Positions 39,801 through 51,117 of a DNA stretch of 64,000 nucleotides are shown piece by piece. Below the pieces are notes generated by a model. It had not been told where the DNA came from. It was given only the letters and a program-made list of their open reading frames with translations, and ran no database searches. The position numbers and the translations under genes were made by a program. The number at the start of each line of letters is the position of its first letter. Position 1 is the stretch's first letter. This DNA is from Paraspadella gotoi (lineage: Eukaryota > Animalia > Chaetognatha), in contig CM119264.1 in assembly GCA_051294375.1 (NCBI GenBank), positions 11,073,832-11,137,831 of the forward strand, written 5' to 3'.

Positions 39801-42800
39801 CACGAGCATCGGCAACGCATTCCGCAAGTTTTGTCGTCTCGGACACTGCAGCCGGAATCGCTGGTGTTTTACTGAGAAAAAAAAAGTTTTCAATGATATC
39901 AATGGATCTCCGCTAACCTGGTAAACAAAATCACCCACGTGTAAACTTGATTGATGAATGATCTTATGAGCCGCAACGACGCGCCGCAAACGTAACCGAA
40001 TCTCGCGATGTCGAGAATGGCGGCTTTTAGCCCGAGCCCTTTCATTTCGGCAAGATCATCAAGCGCCACGTGGAACGTTGTCCAGGCCCAATGCAGCAGC
40101 TTGAGCAAAGCGTCGAAGCATTCCGGAGAAACGGAACGACCGAAGTCTGACTTGAGCATGGTCGCAGCTTCTGGACAGAATCCTGCCGCGAAAATATAAA
40201 AAACCTTCAAACCATACTACGGGATCAACGCGTTAATAAGATCAATTTTATAAATTGGAAAAAAATATTGCTTAACAAACGGCAAAACCTTTCCAAAATC
40301 TACATCTAATCAACAAATAACACTATGTTCTGTTTGAAAGGTTCTCCGCATGTTTTATTGAAAAAAAGTGGATTTTCACCAGAAATTTGGCGCGTGACGA
40401 CGCCCTTGTTTCCCCCTGAACTCGAGCTAGATTCGGGTGATTGGAGGCGATAGAGTATGAGCGGAATTTGTCCAGCATTTACGTCGGTTCCGTTGTTTGA
40501 CTTCATGGAACTTTTGAAATGAAAGACAACTTGATCCTCCGTGGTGACGGTGGCTTGGCCGCAGGATCCGCAGTCAGACGACGGGCCGGAGATGCGTGCC
40601 CAAGCCACGTACCACTGGTTAGCGTGGAGAGGGACTGGCTCCTCAAACAGCATGCTATACTTTTCCTTCATGCCGCACTCGTAGATTATCTCCTCGGTTT
40701 CTGCGAGAAGGTCACCGTCGATTTCGTGATCACCGCCGTCCACACCGAGCTCGAAAACTTAAAAATGCAAAAAAAAAAGGAAAAAAAGGAGACATTAAGT
40801 TATTAATATATTTAAATGATTGCGTCTCTTTTACTTGCTTTCTAATCAAAATTTGGATTATACCTTTAATCTTTCCCAGATATTCTCCTCGTCCGCCGAA
40901 GAGACCGAAACCGCCCAACAAAACGTCCATATCGGCCATAAATCGAATCGCCTCGACTGAATGCCCGCTGTAGCCCCATCCGCCACCGTGTGATTCAAAT
41001 CTATTTACCAAACTGTAATCCTCCCTTGAAAAGAAAAAAGAAAATAAATAGTAAAAAAAAATGAATAAATAAAAAAAAAATTGTGGCCCTTTAGCTACTT
41101 AATTAGAAATTACCTGCTATAAACGACAGCATCTTGTTTCTTAACGTCTTCGTCTATGACTTTGACGTCGAGATCGTGGGCGAGATTGAGAGTGTCGAGA
41201 GCCGCGAGCAGATGAACGGCGGCGTGGGAACGGGAGATCAAATGGCCGCCGCTGGTAGGCACTGCTACCGAGGGATGAAGATAGAATCCAAGTGATCCCT
41301 AAAGAATAAATGATTAATACAAAATAAAAATTATTTATTTTTCGACGAATTCAGTTTCTACAACTTCAAGTAGCACGAAAGTACACTGTACGTACTATTA
41401 TCTACTTCCGATCGAAAAAAAATTATATATTATCACCCATCTAACCTGAGTTAGTGCGGACGCCAGCGCCCTGTGCCTCGGCCTCGACTCTCGTCCGTTC
41501 TTGCCGCGGACAGCGTTGACGACCGCATTGGTTTCTGTGACGATTACGTTGAAACAAGTGACAACCTGAGTTTGAGTATTGTAGGCCCAGAGGAGATCGT
41601 AAATAGCGTCTAAGTAAACCGAGTGTCGCGTCAAGTCCCACTGGCAGTCAACGTCGCAGAAACTCTTGCAAGAACCGTCGAGGCGGGAAATGACGAGGCA
41701 CTTGACACCGTCGTCGAGGCCCTTGACACCCGAGGGACGACCGCCGGGGTAAAAGTCACCGTCGGCGCCGAAGGGCGGCGGAACAAGACCGATGGCCGAG
41801 GCGTTGGCAAAAACGGTGGCGTGGGGCAAAGTGTGGGCGTTTATTAGAGATTCGTCGATTTTTAGAAAAGTCTGGTCGCCAGAAGCGCCCACCCATGTGC
41901 AACGACGGCCGAATTTGGCCCCGATCCCGGGCATGTTGCCTGGGCGAGCGTGCCATAGTGGCTGGTCCCTGGCACGTTGAGACGGTTCCGAATCCCGCCC
42001 GCCTGGGACGTAGGAAGAATCTTGAGAACCAGAAAAGGAGTAAGGTGGCTCAAAGGAACTCGCCGGCATTATCCGCCCCAGTTGACCCTTTTGATAATCG
42101 CCGCAAGTAAACACCTAAAAAAAAAAATCAATGAATGCGCTTCTTTGAATGTGTGAAGGCTAAAATATGGAAATTAACCTGTCCAGCAGATGAAAGAAAC
42201 ACGGAATGATTGCTGCCGGCAGCAATCTGAACAACGGAGACGTTACCCAGGGCGATTTTCGTCGGTGATCCTCGTACAATCAAATCTCCGTGGCCCAGCT
42301 AAAAAAAAAAAAATTTAAAAAAAAAAAAAAAATCGACACCATTCTAATAAAAAGTATGGGTTAATAAAATTTTTTTTCATTACCTGGCCGTGTTGATTGT
42401 TTCCAAAAGACAAAACTTCCCCCGATTGCAATAGGATAAGAGAATGATGCAAGCCGCAAGCGATTTGGGTGGCGGGTACTTTCAGACATGCCAAAGTCCT
42501 AACAAAATGCCTAGCAGGCGCGTCGGAGGGGGGTACAAATTGAATCTCCGCTGGGGGAAGAGACACTGTCCTGGACGGCTCACGTTCCGCCGTTTCACCG
42601 ACAGCAGCTGTGCCGGAAGAGGCAACCGATAACGCCGTCGATGTGGAGAGGGTCGAAGCGGTCGTTGTCGTGGCGGGTGACATGGCCACGGTTCCGTCAT
42701 CCGAGCCTCGTAGACGCGAAGGAGACGGCGCGGCGGGGATATCGCCGATGATGACTTCTTTGTCACTCGAGGTTCGGGGAGAGGGATGATGCAAAACCGA

Positions 42801-45800
42801 TTCCACCGAAAGCGGCGAGGCGGAAGAGTCCTCGGTGGCAGAGTACTTGGAGGAGGGTCCGCCATAGGAAGGCGAAGATGCGATCCAGTCAGAACTGCTC
42901 TTTCGACGTAGGCTGAAGGACGCAGCGGCTGAGGGAATCCCGGACTGGTCCTTCTTTTCTTGAACGACCGATAAAGGTAAAGAAGCGCGCGCGTGCTGGC
43001 GTTCAAGACTGCGAGAGGCTCGATCTCTAGTAGGAGTGGCTGAAGACGCAGTTGACGAAGGGGGGCTTGCGGCCACTTCAGTTTCAGAGGAAGGATAAGC
43101 ACCCTGACGGTCCAGCAACGAGGAAAAGAAGGACATCAGGGCAACACTGAAAAAGAAAAAATAAAGTAAACCAAAAACTAAACACCAATATCACGAGCAA
43201 CATGGTACAAACCTGGAACCAGCGCCTGACTGATCTTCCCCTTCGGCGCCGGTCTTGGAGGTCGGGACGTCGCTTTCAGCCACTTCAGTCCCATCACGAG
43301 CCATCGCGTCCACTTCGGCTGCGCATTCCTTGCACACTCCGCAAACGCCACATCCAGAGTCCCCGCTGCCGCAACCGCAAGGGCGTCCGCTCCGACGTTC
43401 TCCGCGACCGTGGTTTACGCAAGTCGCACCGTAGCCCGTGCACTCGAGGCACATTGAGCAAACCATGCATTGCTCGTGCACCCATCGGTGCTTGCCAGAA
43501 GCGCAAAATGCCTGCGAAACTGGCTCCGGTTGAGTTTCGGACGAAATAGAATCCCGCTGATTGTGGGAAGACGACTCTGAGACAGTCCGGACGTAAGGGT
43601 GGTGGGCAAGGGGAGCACCAGCCGGCGTCGAGGTAGTTGAAGAGGGGGTGACCAATACTTCCTTCAAAACGCTAAAAAAAGTAAAAGAAGCTGGATAAGT
43701 TGACGCATCATTGCCTTCATATTTGAATGCAAACATTTTTTTTTAAATTTAATTTAATAATTTAATAAACATATGTGATTATGATACCAAAGACGAAAAA
43801 CAGGAATTACGATTTATAACTTGAATACATAAATGAAACAAATGTAGGCTATTATTTAAAAATTTTCTCATATGAAGATACGATTTCGCGTTGTAAAAAA
43901 GAATGCAATCTCTTTTTACCTGTTAGAAGCACCGGAAGCGGCGGGCGTGGTGGCGCTGCCCGTATAACCACGCCCACACTGACCCTTGTTATTGATTCCG
44001 AAGGTGTAGACGCGACCATCGGTGGTCAGTACAAGAGCGTGGGCCTTGCCCAGAGCCAGAGCTACAACGACTACGTCTTTGAGGTCGTTCACCAATCCAG
44101 TCGAATGATCGCAATGCATAACATCCTAAATGTAAAAACCGAGACATTACATACCAGTTCCGCGTGCTCTTTTGGAAATAATTTGAAAAATTCCTTTGAA
44201 GTAGTAAAAAACTTTTTTTCTTAAAAATTGACACGAGTGTGAGAAAATATTTTCGGAACTTATTTCCATTAGCATAATCTTAATTAACAATTATCGGGAA
44301 GGACAGTTTTTTGTAACTGCGTTTGAATAACAAAACTTACAAATAACTAAATTAGTGAATTAATGGGTCAATCTATGTATTGAATTAAAGGCAACTCTGT
44401 CTTTATTTTTTCTTTATTATGTATTCTTTCCATATGACTTACCTTTTAAAAACTTTGACTCATAGCGAAAAAACGTGAAATATCTTCCATTTGGGAAGCT
44501 ATTTTCATAGGAGTATCGGCTGAAAGCCGAGATGAAGCGGATTCCAAAAATGTTTTTATATTTAAACTATCATTATTAATAATAAACTTACAGTCTTATA
44601 TTCGTGCAAAGTTTGACTAAGCCGAGTTAATCTTCTATTCGCGCGGAAAGAAAAACGACATGTTAAAATGCGAACGAGGCTATTATCCTATAAATATTTT
44701 TCAATTTTTGGAGTACATCGACTCAGAGCTAAGACCTGACATAAAACTGTTTTCAGGTAATAGAGACCCTAATTTATTCCCAAAACCAAAGTAATTATTT
44801 AATTTTCAGAAAAACAAATATCGCGCCCGACTTGCCTTTCCAAACATGTAAACGTCTCCATCTCTTGTGACGAGGGCCGAAGTTCCGCTGTTGGCGGCGA
44901 CAGCCACGACCGGCGCGGCGATGCCCTCCATTTTTGTCATTTTCTTGGGTTTAACGGGCTTTGGCGAACGGCGCCCTTTCCACGGCGCCGACGCGTCGCC
45001 GTCTTCGCCGCGCTTGGCGGTGCCAACAAAAAATGCGGCGCCGTCGTCCGACAAAAGAACAGCGTGTCCGGCCTCGTGTCCAATCGCCATCTGTTTCAAT
45101 TATCATAGAAGTAAAAAATTAGTGAATCAAATTTATCGTTTCGCGAATGACTTTTAAGCTGAAAATAATAATTATCAAAACGTTTTTTCATAAAAATTGA
45201 TTACATGCCGCTTACTTGAGTAATCTTGGGCGCTTTAGAGATCGGCAGTTCTGCCCATTTGCTACAACTCTGCAGTTGCTTGATTCCCAGCGAAGCAGAT
45301 TTCCCGCTGAAGAAGACTTTCCCGTTAGCGGACAAAATCAACGCGAAGTCTTTTCCGCTCAACATGGCCATTATTTCGTCGTCTTTGAAACAAAAGTAAT
45401 GTCAAATTGTAACGTCTTGAACGCTCGACATTGCAGACGTGAAGCATAAAATATTTCAATTTTATCTTATTCCTAGTAAGTAATAACGTTTGGTAACTTG
45501 GTTATCACCTTCGAAGAGCGGAGAATTAACACTATACACAGGTATTTGATTTTGAGGCGGTTCGTAGTTAGCCAGCCCGAACACGTTGAGGCACTTTCGT
45601 GCGAGTTTGATCGGAATCTCGTTGACGAGAGGCATGGGGTCTCGACAAGGACGGAAAGTTCTTATAACGAAAGAATCTTCCGGGCCGGAGGATATGTGGC
45701 CGATTGATTCACTGTATAAGCGAGGCGAAAAAAGTGATATTACAATTTAAATACTACTACTCCTAATCGAGAATCGGTCCGCCTAAAACCACTAAGCTAC

Positions 45801-48666
45801 CTGTCGCTGAACATCATGTAAGGCCCGTTGGTTAGAATTTCAAAATCAAAGCTTCCGCTCTCCTGTAGGGTCTCGCGACAAACGACAGAAATTCTGGACG
45901 AGTTTGAATTATCGAGGTTTTTGTAGAACATCATGTCTTTGGCGAAACTCAGCCAGCCGCGTTCGGAAGGATGAAACTCTTTATTAGAAACGTAAACGTG
46001 TCCGCGAATCGTTCCTCCGTAACCTAAAGAAAATTTCAAAAAATGAACAAGATTTACTAATACGGAAGTTGTAAAAATATTCGCACCAGTTCCAATTTTG
46101 TGCAGCCCTTGATGATCGTGGATAAACAGGAATCGGCCGTCCGATGCCAGGGCGGAAGCATCGGAATGAATTCGATAAGGATTCGACCATGCGTGGCTCT
46201 GTTGGTGCTTCAGACCGTCGTTGTCGTTGGCATCGGGTAGTCCTTGAAGAACAAAAAAGTGGAGTGCGTTTACTATTTATCTAGGATAAAAAAATCTAGA
46301 AAGTATAGTGATCTCGCCAGATGTTACTAAGCAAAAAAAATTAATGAAAAATTTAAAAAACGAATGATTGATATGATAATAAATTATTAATGAAATAATA
46401 ATTGACTGATTGATGTATTGATTGATTGATAACCAAAAGTTATCTTCGCATCTATCCTTTGGATAATCATTGATTGATGCAATAAAAATCATTGATTGAT
46501 GCGATAAAAATGATTGATTGATGCGATGATAGTCATTGATTGATACGATAATAATCATTCATTGATGCGATGATAGTCACGAATCATTCATCGTAAATAA
46601 AGCAAATACGTATATGAGTGAAAGAGAAATAACGACGACTACGATAAAAAAAACAAAAATTAATTAATATCTTGCCCAAGTCGGGCATTCGCCCGTCTGG
46701 CGAGAAAAAAATTTCATTTTAAAAATGTTACCCGATATCGGAAAAGAATCAAGAAGCGAATCCTCCCTAACGCCGGTCAACAACCAGTCAGGACGATCTG
46801 TCTTCCCCAACAAAACCATCTGTACGGATCTTTGCAAGGCCGCTAGTATTGAGGGTTGCAACAGATCCTGGAGAAAAAAACTATTAGATTTTGTTCATTC
46901 TTCCAACGCCTCACGCAAAAATTTCGCTAAACCTGAGAGGCGAGATAAGCGGGACTCATTAGGAGAGCAGCGATGGCCGTGAGAGTCTTTCCCGTTTCCC
47001 CCCAGGCGACGACGAGTGAGACAAGACAGGCGCAGGCGAGAGAGGAAAGAGACTCAGTGACGCGAGTTGCAGCTGGGGCCAAGATCGGTTGGACCGGGGG
47101 AAAAGATGAAGAGGAGGAGCAGGAGGAAGATGACGGCGGGGAAGGAGAACCCGCTCCGCAACTGAAACGATTCATTGGTATAAAACATTAGAATATTAGA
47201 CAAATATTAAGCTTGGGGGAAAATCATTTGACGAAAATTTTAACAGAAGTTTAAAAAGATTTTCTAGTAAACAAAAATGGTTTTGCCCATTCGCGTATTT
47301 TTTTTTTCATCACCTGGTCGGATGATGCGGAATTGATGTGGAAGAGCAAGACGGAATGAGACGTGGCGCGGTTGATCCACCCATAGCTCCGTGAGGAAGG
47401 GTGCTGTTGGCGTCTGACTTGTTCGAAACTCCGGTTGCAGCACCTCCGTTGGCAGCCACCCTCGTGGCAATCTCCAACAGCAGGTGATAAAGTGCGTCAG
47501 TAACAGAGTATGGTTCCTCCTTTAAAGCCTCCGGCTTTTGACCCTGTAGCATGTCTAGTAAGGCCTTGAGGGCTCTCCGACAAAGGGATGGCTGTTCTAC
47601 CCAGGTTTCTCGAATGAGCTCGAAGACGGAACAAAGTCCGAGACCAACGATGCGCGGCATGGCGAGACCCGATACGGTGCTCGCGGCTCCGCGAGAGTCG
47701 GAAACATCGTCCGAATCTTCATCCGACTCGTCGGAGGCACCTTTCGAGAAGCAAAACTCAGTATTTCGGTTGATGGTAAAGTCGATATTAAGATTAGTAC
47801 TATATTGAATTCATTAAAATTATCATTATCAGTTTACCCGCGAACCCGACGATGGAATTCCAATAGACGCCGTTGCCTTCCTTGGCTTCCGCATCGAGGA
47901 TTGTCTGCCTGACGATGGCGTAGACAGCGAAGGGCGACGGGTTTGCCATGATTTCGATGGTGGTCGGCAGCTGCGGGCACGGAGGAAAGAGCGGGGCGGA
48001 TGCGGCCGCCGGAGCAGCCTCAGGGGGTGGCGCTTCTTTGGCGTGCCGGGCGAGATGACGGCCTAGTCGTTGACGGACTCGTCCGATGCCGACGCCCATT
48101 TTGTTTTGCCTCCTTTTCTTTTTGTCAGCCTGAGTAGCAGTGAACACCACCAGATATAAATTGAAAAAAGTAGAAGAAATTCGAATTCTAGTGATATACA
48201 GTGTGTCCCAGTGGTACATTATTATCTCAGAAATAAGATTTAAGAACACTGTTCCGCACAATAAATAAAAGTTAACCTTTGGGACACACTGTATAAATAG
48301 AACCTTAAATAGTTTATACGTATTATCGGAAAGTAACAAAGTGATTGGGTCGTTTGACAAAAATTAGATTTCAATCAATTGAACTCCAGCTACCTGCTTC
48401 TTGATAGCACCGACGAATCCGTGCCGTTGAGGCTGAGAGGGTCCAGCGGCGGCTCCGCGCAATAGCAAGGGGTCGAGTGCCATGGCGGCAGCGGGCACTC
48501 GGCCACCTTCGGCCGCACGGTCCGCGCCATTACTAGCGGCGGGCACGTTAGAACCGGGAGCGCCGTCTCTCCGGGCCGCCGATCCCGAATGCAGTTCGTG
48601 AAGTCGTTTACTGAGGTGATTGGGATCGAGGTAGGCAGCGGCGTCGGCGCGCCGAATCAAACCCAT
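24869..48666 (-). CDS. MYCBP2: E3 ubiquitin ligase MYCBP2 / highwire / RPM-1 (PHR family), many exons
   Basis: RCC1-like repeats ([22 protein letters not shown]), PHR domains ([35 protein letters not shown]), [21 protein letters not shown] domain ([16 protein letters not shown]), B-box (CDNHDDGET), RING ([20 protein letters not shown]), TC domain ([13 protein letters not shown]). Ends [10 protein letters not shown] with TGA at 24869-24871. Start codon tentative. Confidence 0.95.
32370..32465. repeat. Fragment of dispersed ~325-bp repeat family
   Basis: CCTTAAACCACCAAAGCCTGTCCAAAGTCAGGGGC...CCAATTTCATA. Confidence 0.85.
46290..46709 (+). mobile_element. Helentron-associated (HINE/DINE-1-like) non-autonomous element, copy A
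   Basis: Subterminal inverted repeats TCTCGCCAGA (46312-46321) and TCTGGCGAGA (46696-46705), adjacent hairpin CGGGC-ATTC-GCCCG, internal (TGATTGATGCGATGATA)-type tandem array. Second copy at 51845-52836. Confidence 0.7.
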
Positions 48667-48999
48667 CGTCGAGACCTTGGGAGGTCACCGTCCATACGAC
48701 GTAACCCCCCCCCCCACGCCCTAAAATATCCCACCGACGATGCGTTTAAACTCGTAAGAGATCCGTTCTACCTTCCATGATGAAAACGTTCCTCTGAACG
48801 CCATCAATACGAATTCGAGATCAATGTGTCGACTGCCATCAATATAAAAAAATCTGAACAGGAAGCAAGGAATGTATTTTATCAATTATATATGGAAAAA
48901 ATATTTAAAAATTCTGGAATGAAGTCGGCGTTTTTTTCCCCCAGAGTTTAAAATCTTAACACTTAAACAAAAATTGCGTGCGCCATTTTCTTCGCATCT

Positions 49000-49347
49000 T
49001 TACTCGTCGTCGGGATCGGCCTTCGTATTGCGCGTGTAGATGATCTGCGCGCGATGCTTGTCCACCTGACGAATGAGTCCCTTGGCGGCCAGCTCCTTGA
49101 GGGCGAACCGTGCCAGGCTGCCGCGAATTTTGAGACGCTCCGAAACGACCGAGGGCGTGATTAGCTTGTACGACGGCACCTCTTTGTAGAGCTTGTCGTA
49201 GGTGGCCTTGTCGAAAAGGACCAAGTTGTTGAGCTTATCGCGGACCTTGCCCTTCGACCACTTCTTCTTCTTGGCCTTGCCCCCGCTGGCGCCGTCTTTC
49301 TTGGCCGGGGTCTTGGCAGATTTGCCAGCATCTTTTTTAGGCGGCAT
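49000..49347 (-). CDS. RPS25: 40S ribosomal protein S25 (eS25), intronless CDS
   Basis: MPPKKD...[59 protein letters not shown]. Confidence 0.97.
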   Translation of the reverse strand: MPPKKDAGKSAKTPAKKDGASGGKAKKKKWSKGKVRDKLNNLVLFDKATYDKLYKEVPSYKLITPSVVSERLKIRGSLARFALKELAAKGLIRQVDKHRAQIIYTRNTKADPDDE

Positions 49348-49499
49348 CGCGAAATTGAAAATGAATTGACAACTGGGAAACGGGGGAAATTTGAGAATTT
49401 AAGATTGTAACATTAACAATGCGATTAAGAGAATCACATATGAATAAAGACAGCATTAATGCAGAAAGTCAGGGAAATGACGATAGAATCTCAATAAAA

Positions 49500-49730
49500 A
49501 AGGCGACGGGCGAGAATAACGTCTATTTTTCCAGCAATGTCTCTCTTCATCTTCCCTCGACTCCCGCGGGCGGAAAAAGTTGATCGGCATCGCGATCTTT
49601 CCTGGTTTTTACAAGAAGCGAGCAAAGGGCGAGTGGACTAAGACCCGGGGCGAGGTTGAGAGCGAGGCGCGAGGCGCGAGGGCGGCCCTCATCGCATCTC
49701 GATAATCAAAGGAGGACGACGACGAGAGGA
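49500..49730. promoter_or_regulatory. GC/CpG-rich non-coding island; candidate promoter or outron start for RPS25 and the downstream cluster
   Basis: GC-rich, non-coding, non-repeat stretch in the longest intergenic gap (NPC1 stop to RPS25 ATG, 1770 bp). Positional inference only. Confidence 0.4.
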
Positions 49731-51117
49731 AATCCAATTTTCCAATGTTCAACTGTTCAACTGTTCTTCTTATTCTTTTTTTCAGAGGAACGGATCAAGA
49801 AAACAAAAAGGCTTCGGTCTTGAGGAAATGCGAGAAAGGAATCGAAAACCGAGTACAAATAAGGTATTATAGAAATACGTCCAAGTAATATGAAGGGTAT
49901 TAAATTTTAATCGTATTTGTTAATCAACTTGAATGAAAAGATATTGGAGATTAACATCAGTTTCTTTTAAGTCTAGTAAAGTAAATTAGTCAAAATAATA
50001 GCATTCTCCCAAGTACATACAAAATTACCTCCTGATGAACGATCTATGTCACACTAATATTCCCTATATTCCCTATATTCTAAAAAAAAAAAAGAAAAAA
50101 CCACACATTTGAAATTTTGTAAACATGTACGTAATTTATTGAAAATAAAAACCAAAACGAAAAAACGGTACATTTTATAGGGTAACTTAAATCTAAATTG
50201 AATGGTCCTACAAAAATTAAAATGAATTATAGAATGCCTACTACCAAGGTAAAAGAAATAAACCGTCATTCGCGAAATGACTGATTGCGTAACTTTTTTA
50301 TCTCTGCAAGCTCAAAAATTTATTTCAAAACATTGATTACGTACATTAAAACGACCAGCGTCAAGTAATAATGAATTAACCACAAAAGAAAATGAGAATT
50401 AAGAAAAAATTAACATAAATTATACGAATAAAATGTCAAGTAATAATAAATCGTTGTAATAAATATTACATAATAATTAATAATAGAAATAATTTTCAAT
50501 TCGTAACAATTGGAGACAAATAGCTACTATTTATTTTTTTTTAACTGAGAATTCGTCACTTCCGTTTTTAACTAATAACTAACTATTAACTCCCAAAACC
50601 AAAAAAAAAAAAAGGGGGGGCACCCTGAATAAAAAAAAATTAAATGTTTAACAAATAATGAATTAATTTATTATATATCTACTCAGGGCATCCTTAATAA
50701 TAAAAGTGAATTCGACTCGATTCGAACCTTGGATTTCGGATGTCTTCGGATGTACATACAGACACGCGACATCTAAATGTAAGCGAGTTTAAAATTAAAA
50801 GAATAAAAAATTCTTGCTTATATTTTCAAAACTCATAGTATGTGTAGATACCAGTAATCATTAATAATAAGAATTATCGCGAACGAGAACGAAGGCAATA
50901 TCCGATAGCCAAGCGAGTCAATTTTGAAAACAAAATGTCTTGTAGCAATTATTATCATTATTACACTGCTAAAAGGGTAATTAATTGCAGAGTAACTACT
51001 ACCTGAAAGTGAACTATATTTTGGGACAATATAATTTTTAAAGCAACGGTGATAATCGTTAAAGCATTTTCATGGAATAGCTCATGAACTTTCTTCACAA
51101 CGACATTGCCACAGGCG

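Noticed and set aside
46360-46590. Short repeats with variable spacers (CRISPR-like appearance)
   Set aside because: Degenerate TGAT-based tandem array inside a Helentron-like element in a eukaryotic intron; no cas genes.
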